Below, in pieces: positions 27,175-37,303 of a DNA stretch of 64,000 nucleotides. Under the pieces are notes generated by a model. It was not told the origin of the DNA and did no database searches. It worked only from the letters and a program-made list of their open reading frames with translations. Each line of letters starts with the position of its first letter. Within the stretch, counting starts at the first letter, position 1. The stretch comes from a bacterium (lineage in GTDB: Bacteria; Desulfobacterota; DSWW01): the NCBI GenBank assembly GCA_040756235.1, contig JBFLZG010000122.1, forward strand, positions 31,101 to 95,100. The letters are read 5' to 3'. The translations under genes were made by a program, and so were the position numbers.

Positions 27175-27548
27175 ATGCGATTCCTCGCGGACATGGGCGT
27201 AAGCATCCGAGTGGTCGACTGGCTGAGAGAACAGGGCCACGAGGTCAATGATCTTCGGGAGGAAGGACTCCAGAGATTGCACAACGGAGACATATTCGCG
27301 AAGGCACTCTCAGAGAAGCGAATCATTCTCACCTTCGACTTGGATTTTGGGGAAATTGCCGCGTTCGCGAAGGACAGAACGCAGCAGTCGTGGTTTTCAG
27401 ACTTCGCAACGCCCGTGCGTCACACGTAATCAAGCGACACTCCACTGTTCTCGCGGAATCGATCGAGGCGCTCGAGAAAGGATCCATCATCACGGTGGAG
27501 GAGTCGCGCCACCGGGTTCGCTATCTTCCCATCGGGGGTCGCAAGTAG
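27175..27548 (+). pseudogene. DUF5615 PIN-like toxin, frameshifted at about 27380
   Basis: MRFLADM...RIILTFDLDFG, continuing in another frame as VVVFRLRN...GSIITVEESRHRVRYLPI. Confidence 0.8.
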
Positions 27549-27601
27549 ATTCCACCTGAGACGCTCGGCGCCCTTTCAAGCGCGTGTCCGACGATCCCGC
27601 T

Positions 27602-27865
27602 TCAGACCCGTTCTTCCGCAATCAATCGTTTGACTCGAAGCTCACGCACACTCAGTTCGTCTATCTCCACCCTCTTGAACCTGGCCGTATCCATGGCTAA
27701 CTTCTTCACGGCCAGCCGTCCGATGGCAAGACTCCCTATGGCCAAAGCTCCGACTGCCAGGGCACCCAGGCTCACGACCGCCAGGGCCGTTGCCGCCCTG
27801 GCAAATGCCAGCTGAGACCCTGCCCTTGGATAGATCAGCTCATCCCTCTTTCGAGCCATCTTCAT
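27602..27865 (-). CDS. Small membrane-anchored hypothetical protein
   Basis: AGGAGG RBS; GALAVGALAIGSLAIGRLA repeat followed by EIDELSVRELRV. Confidence 0.65.
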   Translation of the reverse strand: MKMARKRDELIYPRAGSQLAFARAATALAVVSLGALAVGALAIGSLAIGRLAVKKLAMDTARFKRVEIDELSVRELRVKRLIAEERV

Positions 27866-28214
27866 GAATCCTCCTGATCCTGTGCATGGGGAATATCGGG
27901 ACAGGCGGCCTTGTCCCCCCTTTCTTGGATTGCCGGCGGGGGCCGGACAGTTCGATGATGCACCGGAAACTTCCTCCTTTGACCCCAACCTCCGTCGCGT
28001 GTCCTGGGCCTGATCGGCAACCTTGTTGGCACACTGCCCGGCGCCTGTACCCCTCCCTCGGGTCCAGCGGGAGTTGGCAGGCGGGAGCCCTGGAAAGTTC
28101 GTCAGGATCAGCGCCCGGACTTCCCCCTCTGGCACGGCCGTTGCTATAGCCAAATGCATCGAGAGACCACCTTGAAATGCAAGCGTTTTCAGTACCCCAA
28201 CAAGGAGACACTCG

Positions 28215-28883
28215 ATGGGACTGCTCACAAGAAGCCTTTTCTGCCAGGGCCTGAATGCTCTCGACACCCCTGAAGAATTCGAGGAGGTCCGGCCCGTCTT
28301 CGAGTTTCAGAGAAGGCGCCTCTCCGAAGACCCGGAAAAGAGAGCCAGCGCCAAGGATCTCTTCCCGTTCCGGCGGGTGCCGGCCCCGGTCAAGTTCGCG
28401 ATCCTTGCGGCCAAGGACCCTGCCCAGCTCAAGGCGCTCGAGCTCCTCTGGCAGGAGGCGTACACGGAACGGATTGGGGCGAAGAAGGGCGACCCGCGCG
28501 ATCCCCGAAATCTACAAGCCACCGGTATCGGGAAAGAACTCGACTTGGGAAGGGTGGACCTTTTCAAGCGGCTTTCCCGGGAAGTCGAAAAGCTTAAGAC
28601 CTTGAAGCAGTGTGCCGCCGCCCGCCGGCTCGTTGCAGCGCACCGCGAGGCGCTCTCGAGGAACGACCCGGACGTGGGTACGGAGGTGGAGGTCGAGGTC
28701 CTCGAGCTCGCCACCAACCTCCCCAGGGAGCTTGTGCGCCTCTTCACAGACCTTGCCGCACCGGAAGAGATACAGGGGTTCGTAAACCTTCTGTCCCGTA
28801 GAGACGCGGCCATTCGCGAGGAGATGAGAAAGGATGTCTGGGTATCGATTCACCCGGACAATTTCAACCACCAGCTGCCCTGA
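28215..28883 (+). CDS. Hypothetical protein
   Basis: AAGGAG RBS; 222-aa ORF with protein-like composition. Confidence 0.6.
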   Translation: MGLLTRSLFCQGLNALDTPEEFEEVRPVFEFQRRRLSEDPEKRASAKDLFPFRRVPAPVKFAILAAKDPAQLKALELLWQEAYTERIGAKKGDPRDPRNLQATGIGKELDLGRVDLFKRLSREVEKLKTLKQCAAARRLVAAHREALSRNDPDVGTEVEVEVLELATNLPRELVRLFTDLAAPEEIQGFVNLLSRRDAAIREEMRKDVWVSIHPDNFNHQLP

Positions 28884-28989
28884 TAGACCAAACGTGAGGT
28901 TTTCCTCACAGCAAAGCCCGCCGCCCGAATAACAGTGTCAGGAGACGATTCACCGTCCCCTCTCTAAAGTATCGGAAAGGAGCGCTCCC

Positions 28990-31953
28990 ATGGATGCGGC
29001 GGCAAAGGAGATCATGACTAAAGGCGGCTCGGCAGACTCACGTTTAAGGAAAGACTTGGACCTATCATCGCCAGAGCATTCCCTCTCCGGACCTGTGCCC
29101 GCGGGTCGCCCGGGCTTCGAGAACGTTGCCCCCCGGCCGGAGCCCGGGACGATCGCGATCCAGGGCTTCGTCGCACCGGCCAGATCGTTCAGCGGGGTCC
29201 GGGATCTGAGAACCCTCACGCTCGACAAACCCTCAGGAGAGATGACCCGCCCGGAAACAGCCGTCTTCCGGGTCGCCCGCTCAGCAATTCTCGACCCGGG
29301 CGGCGCAATCAAGGGGACCGACACCGCGAGGGCCCAAAGCCTCATCTGGGAAGCGGCGGAAATCCAGAGCCCGCCGGAGAGGCTGGCCTTCTTCCGCGAG
29401 AAGGGAATTAAGATTATCGCGGACTACTCGACAGCCGATTCCGGAAACCGCCATCTGCTCCTCATCGATCGGGAGCTCGAGATCGAGAGTGCGCCTTACG
29501 ACGGGAGAGGCATCGAGGGCACGCCGCAGGGAAAGGGCCACGCCGACTTTCTGAAGAGGGCGTCTCTTTCAAACGAATACGAGTCCGCGGTCACCGGATT
29601 CCACAGGGGCGACGGCAGCCGGGCGATCGCGCTTCGAAACTCGGATCTCACGCTGAGAGACCGTGCCCATTCGGAGCTTTTGGAGCGGGAGCGCGCGCCT
29701 CTGGTACTCGTCGCAGAGTCCCTGAACGGCCGCCCGGAAGACATTACCCTTGTCCACATAGCGGATCTCAAGGGCCGCACGCAGTACAGCACCTATGTGC
29801 ACCCCGAAAGATCCTTTCCCGTCCGGGACGAGGCCCGCGGGGGCTTTACCCCCGAATACCTCGGGAGACCCGGCTGGGACATCCTCGCCGCAGCACCTTC
29901 CAGAAACGAGATTCTGCCCGAGATCAAGGCATTTCTCGATTCCGGCTCAACGGTTCTGATCCCGACCCGAAGCGGCCCGGAAGCGAGCCTCATCCAGGCG
30001 GTCCGGCAGAGAGAGCACGCGCCAGCTGCGGTTCCCGAGTTCAGGAACACGCCCTTGGAGCGCGCGGCGAGCGAGTACGCCAGGGAAATGGTTCGGGCCC
30101 GGACCCGGGACACAGTTGTGGTGCTCGATCACCCGGAACGTCTAGGAAGCCTCACGGAAAACGCCCGCAGGCAGATACGGAACGCAGAATTTCTTTCCGT
30201 CCACGAGCGGGCCGCGGTTTACGGAGAGATCTATACAGAGATGCAAGCCCAGGCCCTGAGATCAGGCCCAAACCACGAACTGCTGAACTCCGGACCCGAA
30301 CGGCACGCGCTCCTCCCCTACCCGGAGCCCCAGACTGAGAAAGCACCGAGACCCCTTCACACGCTCCGCGTCTTCCAACGCCTCCCGGAGGCGGCAAACG
30401 GGCCGATCGACCTCGCCAGGTTCGGCGAGCAGTACCGGGAGACTCTGACTGCCAGAGGACACATGGATCACGACATGCTCCTCAACCTCACGCGATACGA
30501 GGCATGGTGGGAGAAGATCGTTCCCGAGACGGGGGTCGCCCTCGCGGACGGCTCCCTCCCACGGACCGCCCAGGCTGGGGACATCATCGTCGAGGTAGGC
30601 CAGGAAAAGAGCGCGAACCGGGCGTTCGTCGTGGACCGCCTGGGACGGCCAAGAGAGGTCGAGACCGTCCCCATAACCAAGGGGACCATACCCAATCTGA
30701 GCTACAACCCGACTGAAGGCGCCCCGAACTGGGTCGCCGCAGTGAGACCCCACCCCGAGCAGCCCGGCCTCCTCATGCGAACCCCGGAAGTCGTAACCCG
30801 CTCCGGCAACCGGGTTACGGCCGACGCATTCTTTCTGGATACCGCAGAAGGGGGGAGGTTTGCTTCTGCCGAGAAGATCCGGCCCGGACATATCCTGGAA
30901 TTCGGTGGGGACGAGCTTGCAGGCGGTGAAAGCTTCAAGAACCGCACCTACCGGCTCGTACTCGGGAATACCCAGGATCGACTCCTCGTGGCGGAGATCA
31001 GTAGAGACGAAGCCGCGAGCCCCCTCCAAGCCTTCGAGCACGTGAACCCGCGCCACGTCTTCGAGGCGTACCTGGTCTCGGCCGACGGCAGCCGGAGATA
31101 CCCCGGGCGCGAGAGCGAGCCGGAGAAAAGGATCCCGGATAGAATCCCCCCAAGCTTCCGGCCCACGGCGGAGGTCACCTTGGCCCTGGACCGGAAGGTC
31201 CACGTGAACGACAAGGCCGTGCTCGTCCTCATGGATACGGATAAGATCCTTGACCCCCACAACCAGATCGGCGGCGAGGCTCCGGAGAGACTCCGCATCC
31301 ATCGGGTACACGCGAGCGAAATCGCCGCAAGTTTGAAGACCGCACGCGAGCAAGGGGCCCCGGATTCCGCCCTCTCCTCCCTGCGGGCCCAGGCGCTCAA
31401 AGAGCGGGGTTACGTTGGAGAGATAGGCTTTGCCGTGACCAAGAACGCGGAAGTCGCGACCGTCCTACACGTGCCGGACGCAAGCCGGGTGAGGATCATC
31501 CAGACGGGGAAGGCTCTCGCCGAGGATAGAATCCCGAAGAATATCTCGGCCGAGGCCTCCAGGGACAACTTCCTCGCTTCCTTCTACTCGCTGGAAGAGA
31601 GGACGGCTCTGGGAGCCGGCCTCAACGCCATGGCACAGGCCGGCCGGGTCGCGGGAGCAGTGCGGGACCAGCGGGCCCAAGAACTATCCACCGTGCCCGA
31701 GGCACGCACCGCCGAGCCGCCTCCTCTCACCCGTCTCGAGAGGACCGTCCTCGAGTACAAGAGCCTCCCCGAAACACGCGCCGGCGCCATGGCCCCGGAG
31801 GCCGCCAAGCTCATCCTCGATCAAGTCCGGGACGCAAAGGCCGAGGAAGCTCGGTCCGTCGTGAACAAAGAGATCCAGTGGCGAGAGGACAGACAGGCCG
31901 AACGCGTCCAGGACAAACAGATCTCAAGGCGGCAGTGGGAGCTGGGGCTATAG
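28990..31953 (+). CDS. Large hypothetical protein (987 aa), mobile-element associated
   Basis: Long uninterrupted ORF with AAGGAG RBS; no domain I can name. Confidence 0.7.
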   Translation: MDAAAKEIMTKGGSADSRLRKDLDLSSPEHSLSGPVPAGRPGFENVAPRPEPGTIAIQGFVAPARSFSGVRDLRTLTLDKPSGEMTRPETAVFRVARSAILDPGGAIKGTDTARAQSLIWEAAEIQSPPERLAFFREKGIKIIADYSTADSGNRHLLLIDRELEIESAPYDGRGIEGTPQGKGHADFLKRASLSNEYESAVTGFHRGDGSRAIALRNSDLTLRDRAHSELLERERAPLVLVAESLNGRPEDITLVHIADLKGRTQYSTYVHPERSFPVRDEARGGFTPEYLGRPGWDILAAAPSRNEILPEIKAFLDSGSTVLIPTRSGPEASLIQAVRQREHAPAAVPEFRNTPLERAASEYAREMVRARTRDTVVVLDHPERLGSLTENARRQIRNAEFLSVHERAAVYGEIYTEMQAQALRSGPNHELLNSGPERHALLPYPEPQTEKAPRPLHTLRVFQRLPEAANGPIDLARFGEQYRETLTARGHMDHDMLLNLTRYEAWWEKIVPETGVALADGSLPRTAQAGDIIVEVGQEKSANRAFVVDRLGRPREVETVPITKGTIPNLSYNPTEGAPNWVAAVRPHPEQPGLLMRTPEVVTRSGNRVTADAFFLDTAEGGRFASAEKIRPGHILEFGGDELAGGESFKNRTYRLVLGNTQDRLLVAEISRDEAASPLQAFEHVNPRHVFEAYLVSADGSRRYPGRESEPEKRIPDRIPPSFRPTAEVTLALDRKVHVNDKAVLVLMDTDKILDPHNQIGGEAPERLRIHRVHASEIAASLKTAREQGAPDSALSSLRAQALKERGYVGEIGFAVTKNAEVATVLHVPDASRVRIIQTGKALAEDRIPKNISAEASRDNFLASFYSLEERTALGAGLNAMAQAGRVAGAVRDQRAQELSTVPEARTAEPPPLTRLERTVLEYKSLPETRAGAMAPEAAKLILDQVRDAKAEEARSVVNKEIQWREDRQAERVQDKQISRRQWELGL

Positions 31954-32026
31954 GAGAGGACACCCAGTATCTGGAAACTGGCTTTTCGTATACTTCTAAG
32001 TTCTTCATGACATGCCCACTCACAAC

Positions 32027-33109
32027 CTAGTGTGGTGTCCCGATGACGGCTTTACAATGAGCGATCTTTTCCAGAATGGCGTCCACTTTTTTCGTCCAGA
32101 CGAAGGGCTTGGGGTTCTCGTTGTTAACGCGGATGAAATCCTCGATCGCCGCGACCGGTTCGGGAACGCTGCGGAAGACGCCCCGACGGATGCGCTTTCG
32201 CGTGATCTCCCCGAACCACCTCTCCACCAGGTTCAGCCACGACGAGCTGGTCGGCGTAAAATGAAGATGATACCGAGGGTGTTTCTCCAGCCACGCTTTG
32301 ACGTTGGGGTGGTTGTGCGTGCCGTAGTTGTCGAGGATCATGTGAATGTCCAAACCCGCAGGCACGGAGCGGTCAATCTGCCGCAGGAACTTGCGAAACT
32401 CGATGTTCCGATGCCGAGGGTAGCAGGAGCCGATGACTTTGCCTTCGAGCACGTTGAGCGCCGCGAACAGACAGGTGGTGCCGTTGCGCTTGTAGTCGTG
32501 GGTCATGGTGCCGCAACGACCCTTCTTCATCGGCAGTCCCGGCTGCGTGCGGTCCAGTGCCTGCACCTGCGATTTCTCGTCCACGCAGAGCACGACGGCC
32601 TTGTCGGGCGGATTGAGATAGACGCCCACCACGTCGGTCAGCTTCTCAACGAAGCGCTTGTCCTTGGAGAGTTTGAAGGTTTCCACCCGATGCGGCTGCA
32701 GACCGTGCGCGTCCCAGATTCGCTGCACCGTGGATTTGCTCACGCTCTGGGCTTTGGCCATCGAACGGACGGACCATTGCGTCGCGTCCGGCGGGGTGGT
32801 CTGCAACGTCGCTTCCACGATCATCTTCACGCGGTCCAACGGCAAAGCCCGCGGGCTCGGGCCGTGGGGGGCATCTTCGGACAGACCTGTCGGCCCATCC
32901 TTCTGGAAGCGCTTCCGCCATTGGATCACGGTGGGGCGCGACGTGGACAAGCGCGCGGCGATGGCGTTGTTGGACAGGCCATCGGCTGCCAAGAGGCAGA
33001 TGCGCGCCCGAAGCACAGTCCGTTGAGGGCTGGTCTTTGCGCGCACCCAGGCTTCCAAGGTCGTCCGCTGCTCTTCCGTCATGGCCAGGACATCAGCTTT
33101 TTCCCACAT
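32027..33109 (-). CDS. IS630-family transposase
   Basis: HTH region, VDEKSQ.QAL, HDYKRNGT, ILDNY.TH, PT.SSWLN.VERWF. Confidence 0.95.
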   Translation of the reverse strand: MWEKADVLAMTEEQRTTLEAWVRAKTSPQRTVLRARICLLAADGLSNNAIAARLSTSRPTVIQWRKRFQKDGPTGLSEDAPHGPSPRALPLDRVKMIVEATLQTTPPDATQWSVRSMAKAQSVSKSTVQRIWDAHGLQPHRVETFKLSKDKRFVEKLTDVVGVYLNPPDKAVVLCVDEKSQVQALDRTQPGLPMKKGRCGTMTHDYKRNGTTCLFAALNVLEGKVIGSCYPRHRNIEFRKFLRQIDRSVPAGLDIHMILDNYGTHNHPNVKAWLEKHPRYHLHFTPTSSSWLNLVERWFGEITRKRIRRGVFRSVPEPVAAIEDFIRVNNENPKPFVWTKKVDAILEKIAHCKAVIGTPH

Positions 33110-33166
33110 GCCTCGAAGCGTAGCATGGCGGGATCATATGTCAAGCTATAACTGGGACACCATCTA
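32028..33166 (-). mobile_element. IS630-family insertion sequence
   Basis: Ends TAGTGTGGTGTCCC and GGGACACCATCTA; TA (within CTAG) on both sides. Confidence 0.88.
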
Positions 33167-33474
33167 GCGTTTTTCCATTTTTTTCAGAAACATTCCTGGG
33201 ACTTCGGTCCCCTGGACTACCGTGATTTCGTCGCTAGGATCTAATCACCGACACGATGGTTTTCTTCTTGTCACACGATTACGTTATCTGTTATTTTTGC
33301 CTGCCAGAAGCAGATCTCCAAATTCCTGTTCTGTGCAGCGTCAGGCGCTGAAAATGTGTGCGGCCGTTCAATATGCCATCTCGCGTCTAGAATCACCTAT
33401 GCTTGCCTCGGTTTAAGGATCAGCCTGACAGGCGGACTGAATCTGGACGGTGAACTTCGAAATGGAGGGAAATC

Positions 33475-33648
33475 ATGAAGAAAGAAGATGAGAAAACGAA
33501 CCCCGCGATTGAGCTGGCTCGTAAACTCAAGGAACTGAGGGACCGGCGCAACAGCGCCCTCGAGAAGATTGAGGAGCTACGTAAGGAGATCGACGGCCTG
33601 GACGCCCAACTAGATCGTATGCTGGAGTCAGTGGTATGCTGCGTGTAG
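33475..33648 (+). CDS. 57-aa peptide, candidate RiPP precursor
   Basis: Hand translation MKKEDEKTNPAIELARKLKELRDRRNSALEKIEELRKEIDGLDAQLDRMLESVVCCV; GGAGG RBS; first gene of the operon; missing from the ORF track. Confidence 0.7.
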   Translation: MKKEDEKTNPAIELARKLKELRDRRNSALEKIEELRKEIDGLDAQLDRMLESVVCCV

Positions 33649-33664
33649 GGGAGAGTGGCTATTG

Positions 33665-34105
33665 ATGCAGGTTCGCCGTATCACTCAGGAGGACTTTCAC
33701 TGGCTTCATAGCTTCGACTGCAGCCCACTTACTATCGAGCGTGACAGCATATACCTGTTCTTCTGCGTTCACTTTGGCCGGACCTCCTTCGTGGCCACAG
33801 ATAGCAACGGGCGGCCAGCTGGCTTCTTGCTCGGGTTCCTCCCTGCCGGAGGCGCCACCGCATACATTCACTATCTTTTCGTGGAGCCAGTGGCACGACG
33901 ACAGGGTCTTGGACGCCGGTTGGTACGCACGTTTGAGGAAACCGTGCTCGAGCTTGGAGCGCAACGGGTTGCACTCTTCACTCGGCGTGCAGTGGAGTTC
34001 TACCATGCTGTCGGGTACGCGCTCGACAACCCTATCTTTGAGCCCACGCTTGAGGACTATCTCCACGGAGTCAAGCAGGTTCGCGTAATGGCACGGGTGT
34101 TGTAG
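33665..34105 (+). CDS. GNAT-family acetyltransferase
   Basis: AYIHYLFVEP.ARRQGLGRRL (acetyl-CoA motif), AVEFYHAVGY. Confidence 0.85.
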   Translation: MQVRRITQEDFHWLHSFDCSPLTIERDSIYLFFCVHFGRTSFVATDSNGRPAGFLLGFLPAGGATAYIHYLFVEPVARRQGLGRRLVRTFEETVLELGAQRVALFTRRAVEFYHAVGYALDNPIFEPTLEDYLHGVKQVRVMARVL

Positions 34106-35713
34106 GTGGCCCACGCAGTCCTTGTTACTCTCACTCGGCGGCGGTGGGGGCGCCAACCAGAGCTTGGTCCAGGCTATATCGCCGCGGCACTTGAGGCTGC
34201 CGGACACTCTACTATTATGCTCCACGTCGCCCCCGACGATTCGGCATCGGTGGCACGTGCAGCATCCCGTGTAGCGGAAATTGCGCCACAGCTTATCGGA
34301 ATCGCATGCTCCCATGCTGCTGTTCCAGTAAAGACATACCGCTGGGTCGGCAACGTAATTTTGCGCGCACTCTCATCACGCCCTCACCTGACAACAGGGG
34401 GTTACTTCGCAACATTCAATGCAGACCGCCTCCTTAAAGACTGGCCAGAGCTCGACTCGGTTGTGATCGGTGAGGGGGAGGGACCAGCCGTTGCTCTGGC
34501 CGATCGGCTCCGGGGCAGAAGGCCGGTGGATAACGTCCCGGGGCTGCGAACGCGTCTTGGGGCTTTCTGCCCCCATCCCCCGCTGAAATCACTTGACGCC
34601 TTGCCGTTTCCGCATCGCCTGTACGATGGCGAGCTAGAATTCCCTCGTCTCGCCGCTATTAGCACATCTCGCGGTTGCATGGCCCACTGTACGTTCTGCA
34701 ACGTGCCCGTCTGGACCCGAAACCACGGCGGCTGGCGTGGCCGCTCTGCAAGTTCCGTGGGATGGGAGGTGCGAGCCCTCGTGGACGCGGGCGTCCGCAG
34801 GTTGTGGATCGTAGACTCTTCATTTGAGGACCCTCTGCCCAACGGATGGAAGCGGATGCGCGAGTTGGCTGGGGCTATCGCTGGCTCCTTTTCCGCACCC
34901 ACATTCTACGTCTTCATGCGCGCCGAGACGGTCGCGGATTCGACTTTCGAAGAGATCCTTCCCGACCTCGTCGCCAGTGGTCTCCGGCGGGTGTTCGTCG
35001 GCGCCGAATCGAGTCATGACACCCTGTTGCACAAGATGCGGAAGCGGGCGGGGACCTCGAGCGTTCGACGAGCTGTCAACGTTCTGCGTCAATACGGCGT
35101 TGCACTTCGCGTCGGGTTTATCCTCTTCACGCCCAAAGCGACATTCGAGACGCTACGCGCCGACGTACGCTTCCTTGCGGAACTGAGTGCGCTACACCTC
35201 ACTGGCGACCTTTGCACCCGTCTAGAACTGTACGTCGGTGCCGCAGAAATCGCGCGTGTCCGCGCATTGGGCCTGCTCACCGGAGATCCCTACGCTGACC
35301 CTTTTGCGTACCGTTTCGAAGACCCACGTGTGGGACGTCTGGCGTGCCGGATGGGTGCTGTGCGCGATCGCCCGGACCTTTCCGACTCGTGGGAGGCACT
35401 GCATGACTTGGAGCTTATGCTCAGCGGCGCCAATCACGATTCCCGTGTCCGGGAGATCCCAGATGTCGCTCAGGCATGCGATGAACTCCACCACGGTTGC
35501 GCGCAGTGGAAGGCACTCATGTCCGAGATGAACCTAGAAATGTTCGAGCGCGCTTGCCGCTGGGCCGAGGATGAGGAGCCAGATATAGCTTTCGATGAAA
35601 TAGAGAGAGCGTGGTTCGATGGTGGATTGACGCAGGTATCAGAAGTCGCTAGGATTGAGGCTCGGGCCTTCGCTGCATATGCTCTCTCGCGGGGGATCGA
35701 TGTCCGGTTCTGA
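34106..35713 (+). CDS. Cobalamin-binding radical SAM enzyme
   Basis: N-terminal B12-binding-like domain (LG.GYIAA.L, GGYFAT, D.VVIGEGE); TSRGCMAHCTFC (CxxxCxxC); GAES; GFILFTP..T. Confidence 0.88.
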   Translation: MAHAVLVTLTRRRWGRQPELGPGYIAAALEAAGHSTIMLHVAPDDSASVARAASRVAEIAPQLIGIACSHAAVPVKTYRWVGNVILRALSSRPHLTTGGYFATFNADRLLKDWPELDSVVIGEGEGPAVALADRLRGRRPVDNVPGLRTRLGAFCPHPPLKSLDALPFPHRLYDGELEFPRLAAISTSRGCMAHCTFCNVPVWTRNHGGWRGRSASSVGWEVRALVDAGVRRLWIVDSSFEDPLPNGWKRMRELAGAIAGSFSAPTFYVFMRAETVADSTFEEILPDLVASGLRRVFVGAESSHDTLLHKMRKRAGTSSVRRAVNVLRQYGVALRVGFILFTPKATFETLRADVRFLAELSALHLTGDLCTRLELYVGAAEIARVRALGLLTGDPYADPFAYRFEDPRVGRLACRMGAVRDRPDLSDSWEALHDLELMLSGANHDSRVREIPDVAQACDELHHGCAQWKALMSEMNLEMFERACRWAEDEEPDIAFDEIERAWFDGGLTQVSEVARIEARAFAAYALSRGIDVRF

Positions 35714-37283
35714 TAAAGCACGCCTTGTTGTCGGCGACCCGGATGATCCGCTCTGGCCTGCCGCTGAGAATCTCGCAGCAAGTCTTCATCGTCCTCTGTT
35801 CACCGAGGCCCAGGCACCCGAGCATCCGCCAGCCTCGGTTCAGTGGGTGCTGAGCCAGGACGCACTGAATCGTACGCGCTTGCTTCGGCTCAGGGCAGCG
35901 GGTCACTTCGTTGGCGTCGTGACGGGCCGCACGGTAGCGCATGCAAGCGCGCTGGGTCTGCGATCCGAGTTGCCGGTGGATGAAGGCCGCGGGTGGGTAT
36001 GCGCACCACCCTCCTTCCTTAATCACCTTCCTCCTCTGGTGCGCACTGTAGCCGAGCTCGTGACGCCGGATGATCTCGCTGATGTGCTCACGAGACCAGC
36101 GCCATGGGCGGTACTCGCCGGCCACGGCCGCGAGGACGTTCTATACTTCGAGGATATTGCTTTGTGTGCCCGGTCGGATGATGCCTCTGCACCAGCATGC
36201 TCCCCGACGACTTGCCCCTATCGGCAACCGAAACTCCCGGTGCGCGCGTTGGCCGCTAGCGTCGTCGTGTTGCTCGGGTGCAGCTCGGGAAGGTTGGGAG
36301 CCGGGCTGTTTCCACCGTTCTGCAGACTTGGGTTTGCACTCGCAGAGCGTGCGACCTCGTGCCTGACGACGAGCCACCTGTTCGAGTTGGATACTCACCT
36401 CATTACCCTCGCCGTGCTTGCACTCCATCGAGGCGACCGGATCAGTACTGTTCGGGAGGTGTTATCCCGGCACCACACTAGGCGCACGAATGGGGCGCCA
36501 GACCCCTTCGTGGTGTTTGGGGACCCGGACGTACGTGCGACACCCATCCGAAGCGAGCTCTCATCGATACTCGTGGGCGAAATCCCCGCAAATCCACGTA
36601 TTTCCATGACAGACCTAGACCATCTGGATATACTCGGCTTTTTGCCTCCATCCGGCAGAAAACTCCAGACGTTATTACGCGAACACCACCCGGCCATTCG
36701 GGCCGGAGCGCGCGACGGTAGTCGGCATCTGAACCTTCTGTCGAAGATCGAGGCATCCGTCCGCCTGGAAGTAATTGCTGACTTGTGCCAGCGTAGCCTT
36801 GAGGGGTTCGTGTGGCTGGTAAATAGTTACCCCTCCTTTCTCCCAGATGCCCCAAGCCCTGCCGTTTGTGACTTGTGCGGCGAGGCAGCATTCGTAGTGC
36901 GCTCTGCCGACGCGCTATCCGCAGCCGCCAGATGGCGTGAGACATGTCTGCGCTGCGGCATACGAGCCGACTGGCCCGATGGAGGTGGTCGCGCCGTCAT
37001 AAGGGCTTCCGCCAGGTCGCAAGACGTCATCCAGCTGATGGTGGAACTTCCAGAAGGCCACTGCACCGTGGGTGCAACGCTAAACGGAGCAGGCGACCAC
37101 GTCCGGTCGGTCTGGGATGCCAAGAGCATGCGTACCCTCCCCGATGTGCTTCCCGGAGGTCACCAACGTGTCCTGGAAATCCGGACGGAAGGCCTCCCCA
37201 ATGGTGTATATTATGCGAAGGTGTTCGTGATGCGCGGTCTTCAGCTGTCTTGTGCCTCCCACCCGATTCCTATCTTTGATTAG
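35700..37283 (+). CDS. Putative clan-CD (caspase/CHAT/C25-like) cysteine protease with a C-terminal Zn-ribbon
   Basis: VLAGHG...VVVLLGCSSG His/Cys dyad pattern and FVVFGDP; CDLC...CLRC; overlaps the rSAM stop. Confidence 0.55.
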   Translation: MSGSDKARLVVGDPDDPLWPAAENLAASLHRPLFTEAQAPEHPPASVQWVLSQDALNRTRLLRLRAAGHFVGVVTGRTVAHASALGLRSELPVDEGRGWVCAPPSFLNHLPPLVRTVAELVTPDDLADVLTRPAPWAVLAGHGREDVLYFEDIALCARSDDASAPACSPTTCPYRQPKLPVRALAASVVVLLGCSSGRLGAGLFPPFCRLGFALAERATSCLTTSHLFELDTHLITLAVLALHRGDRISTVREVLSRHHTRRTNGAPDPFVVFGDPDVRATPIRSELSSILVGEIPANPRISMTDLDHLDILGFLPPSGRKLQTLLREHHPAIRAGARDGSRHLNLLSKIEASVRLEVIADLCQRSLEGFVWLVNSYPSFLPDAPSPAVCDLCGEAAFVVRSADALSAAARWRETCLRCGIRADWPDGGGRAVIRASARSQDVIQLMVELPEGHCTVGATLNGAGDHVRSVWDAKSMRTLPDVLPGGHQRVLEIRTEGLPNGVYYAKVFVMRGLQLSCASHPIPIFD

Positions 37284-37303
37284 TAAATCGTCCGGAGCTC
37301 AAT

